A program made the position numbers and the translations under genes. The notes beneath the pieces were generated by a model, which did no database searches, was not told the DNA's origin, and saw nothing but the letters and a program-made list of their open reading frames with translations. 64,000 nt of DNA from the human T2T-CHM13v2.0 reference genome, Homo sapiens: the NCBI RefSeq assembly GCF_009914755.1, contig NC_060926.1, one strand, 5' to 3'. Below, piece by piece: positions 61,940-64,000 of this stretch. How positions within the stretch are numbered: position 1 is the stretch's first letter; each line of letters opens with the position of its first letter.

Positions 61940-62420
61940 TGCATGAGTGTTCTCCAGAGAAATAGAACCAGTAGGAGATATATCCTATTGCTTCTCTCTA
62001 TATATATGGACATAAGAGAGGATTTATGGTGGAAATTGACTCACAAGATTATGGTGGCTGAGAAATTTCAGGATATGCCATCTGTCCACTGGAGGCCCAT
62101 GAAAGCTAGTGGCATCATTCAGTCCTAGTCTGAAGACTCAAGAACCTGGAGCTACAGTGTCCAAGGACATAAGAAGATGGATGTTCCAGCTTAAGGAAGA
62201 GGGAATGAGAGTTTGCCCTACTTTCACTTTTTTTGTTCTCTCTATGCAGGCCCTCAACCAATTGGATGAGGCCCATCCACAATGGGGATCTTCTTTACTC
62301 AGTCTGCCAATTCAAATGCTAATTTCTTCTAGAAACACACAGACATACACAGAAATAATGTTAACCAGCTATCTGAGCAACCCTTAACCTTGTCATGTTG
62401 ACATAGAATAAACCATTACA
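61940..62420 (-). mobile_element. MLT2 (ERVL) solo LTR
   Basis: gttctccagagaaatagaacca...aattgactcacaagattatgg...gttgacatagaataaaccattaca. Confidence 0.88.
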
Positions 62421-62487
62421 CATGGCTTCATTGAGTGGCCCTCCAGATAATTACTGGGGACATCTTACTTGTTCCCACCACTTATAT

Positions 62488-62668
62488 TTCCTTTTTCATC
62501 TCTGCTCCTTCTCTCTCCTACTTCTTTCTCTCTTTCCTCTCTCCCTCCCTTCATTCCTTTTCCCTTTTTTCTTTTTTTGATTCTTTTTTTTCTGCTTCCT
62601 TCCTTCCTTCCTTCTTTCCTGTTTTCCTCTCTTTTCCTATCTGCTTCTTTCTTTTTCTGTCTTGCTTT
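62488..62668. repeat. Pyrimidine-rich (CT/TTCC) low-complexity tract
   Basis: About 180 bp, almost entirely C and T. Confidence 0.9.
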
Positions 62669-63445
62669 GAAATACTTTTTGCTCATTTGCCTATAATTTA
62701 CTTGTTGGTTTCTAAAATTTAGATGAACATTATATAGTATTACTAGGGGTCACAGGGGCTGAAGTGGTGGTCCAGTGTCGAGGATAAACCACTCACAATC
62801 ATAACTGGGGTGACCAGCATTTTCATAGCTGTTTGTCTGGAGTGGGTTTTCTATGATCAGTCAGCATCCTAGATCTCTGAATACATTTGCCTCAATGTAT
62901 TCTGTAAGCCATTTACATTTGGATAAATATCCACACAGGAATTCTGAAGTGATTATGAAAATTGAAACAATACAGGGCAAAATGACACATTTTACAGGGG
63001 ATAAGACTCTACTAATGGCACAGTATAATCTATTCATCGTATTATGGCCCTGTGTTCTCTAAGGAGTGTCTGAAATCTATGAGATACTTCTATATCCAAA
63101 TTTACATTGGTCTCGCAAAAATCTCTCTGAAGGCATTAATTGCAAAATAGATCAAGGTTTTTCCTCGATTTCATTCTACTTGCCGCAAGTGCTCTGAGAG
63201 ATTACATTTCTCTGGATGAAGTCAATGAAGCCCTGAGATTAACATTCACCCAGGAGGGGTGATCAGCCCCCGGAGAGCTTGGTCTATGCACTTTGAATTT
63301 TACAGGCCAAGGAAAAGAGCCTATAACTCAAAAGCTCACAAGCAGGATCTACCCAAATTTGTCCTTGTCTCTAGTTCTGCTTTTTTCCTGAAGTTTTTTT
63401 TCTTCCCTTTCTGCCTCTTCCCTTCTTGCCACCTTTAGCATGACC

Positions 63446-63719
63446 ACTCCAGTAAGGACGTGAATGATAAGAAAGCAAAACAACCTTATTGCTAATGCAG
63501 AGAAAGTTTTAATGGTCTGGATAGGGGATCAAACTAGCCACAACATTCCCTTAAACCAAGCCTAATCCAGAGCAAGACTCTAACTCTCGTCAATTATATT
63601 AAGGCTGAGAGAGGTGAAGAAGCCACAGAAGAAAACTTTGAAGTTGGTTCATGAGGCTTAAGAAAAGAAGTCATCTCTGTAACATACAAGTACAAGGTGA
63701 AGCAACAAGTGCTGATGTA
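63446..63719 (+). mobile_element. Tigger1 internal (transposase-region) fragment
   Basis: atgataagaaagcaaaacaaccttattgct...cacaacattcccttaaaccaagcctaatccagagcaag...ggtgaagcaacaagtgctgatgta. Confidence 0.85.
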
Positions 63720-63751
63720 TTTTGATAAATTTAATCAAGCCAGCTTGTGTA

Positions 63752-64000
63752 CAGGCATATCATATTTTATTGCACTTTATAGATATTGCATTTTTACAAA
63801 TTGAAGGTTTGTGGCAACCCTGCATTAAGCAAGCCTATCAGTGCCATTTTTCCAACAACACATGTTCCCTTTAGGTCTCTGGGTCACATTTTGGTAATTC
63901 TCAGAATATTTCAAACTTTTTCATTATTATTGCATCTATTATAGTGATTTGTGATCATCAATTTTTGATATTACTATTGTAATTTTTTGGCAGTGCCATC
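63752..64000 (+). mobile_element. Tigger1 5' end, running off the window
   Basis: TA followed by caggcata...ttttattgcacttt...ttacaaattgaaggtttgtggcaaccctgc. Confidence 0.88.

Noticed and set aside
62435-62722. Hydrophobic and Lys/Arg/Glu-rich ORFs
   Set aside because: Translation artefacts of the CT-rich low-complexity tract.

Overview
This window is non-coding primate (human-like) genomic DNA: AT-rich, CpG-depleted and dominated by interspersed repeats. I find no credible host protein-coding gene, RNA gene or prokaryotic-type system. Every ORF that resembles a known protein comes from LINE-1, Alu or LTR sequence. The repeats are 13 Alus, a complete MaLR (MST) element with a 5-bp target-site duplication (TSD), many solo LTRs, DNA-transposon fossils (MER75 piggyBac, MER58, MER20, MER5A, MER63, MER91, Tigger1 and a decayed hAT transposase), ancient L1M tracts, and a composite L1 of about 9 kb (37.2-46 kb). 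That composite contains two different 5'UTRs, an AluY, and a young 5'-inverted L1PA2/3. The most unusual structure is a perfect 107-bp inverted repeat with a 24-bp spacer (17248-17485) inside a heavily decayed L1M, which implies a recent fold-back or template-switch event. Several repeat-free, motif-rich blocks (about 25 kb, 49 kb, 54 kb and 56 kb) are candidate enhancers. Family and subfamily names are from recalled consensus sequences and were not run through RepeatMasker or Dfam. I do not see evidence for a new biological system.
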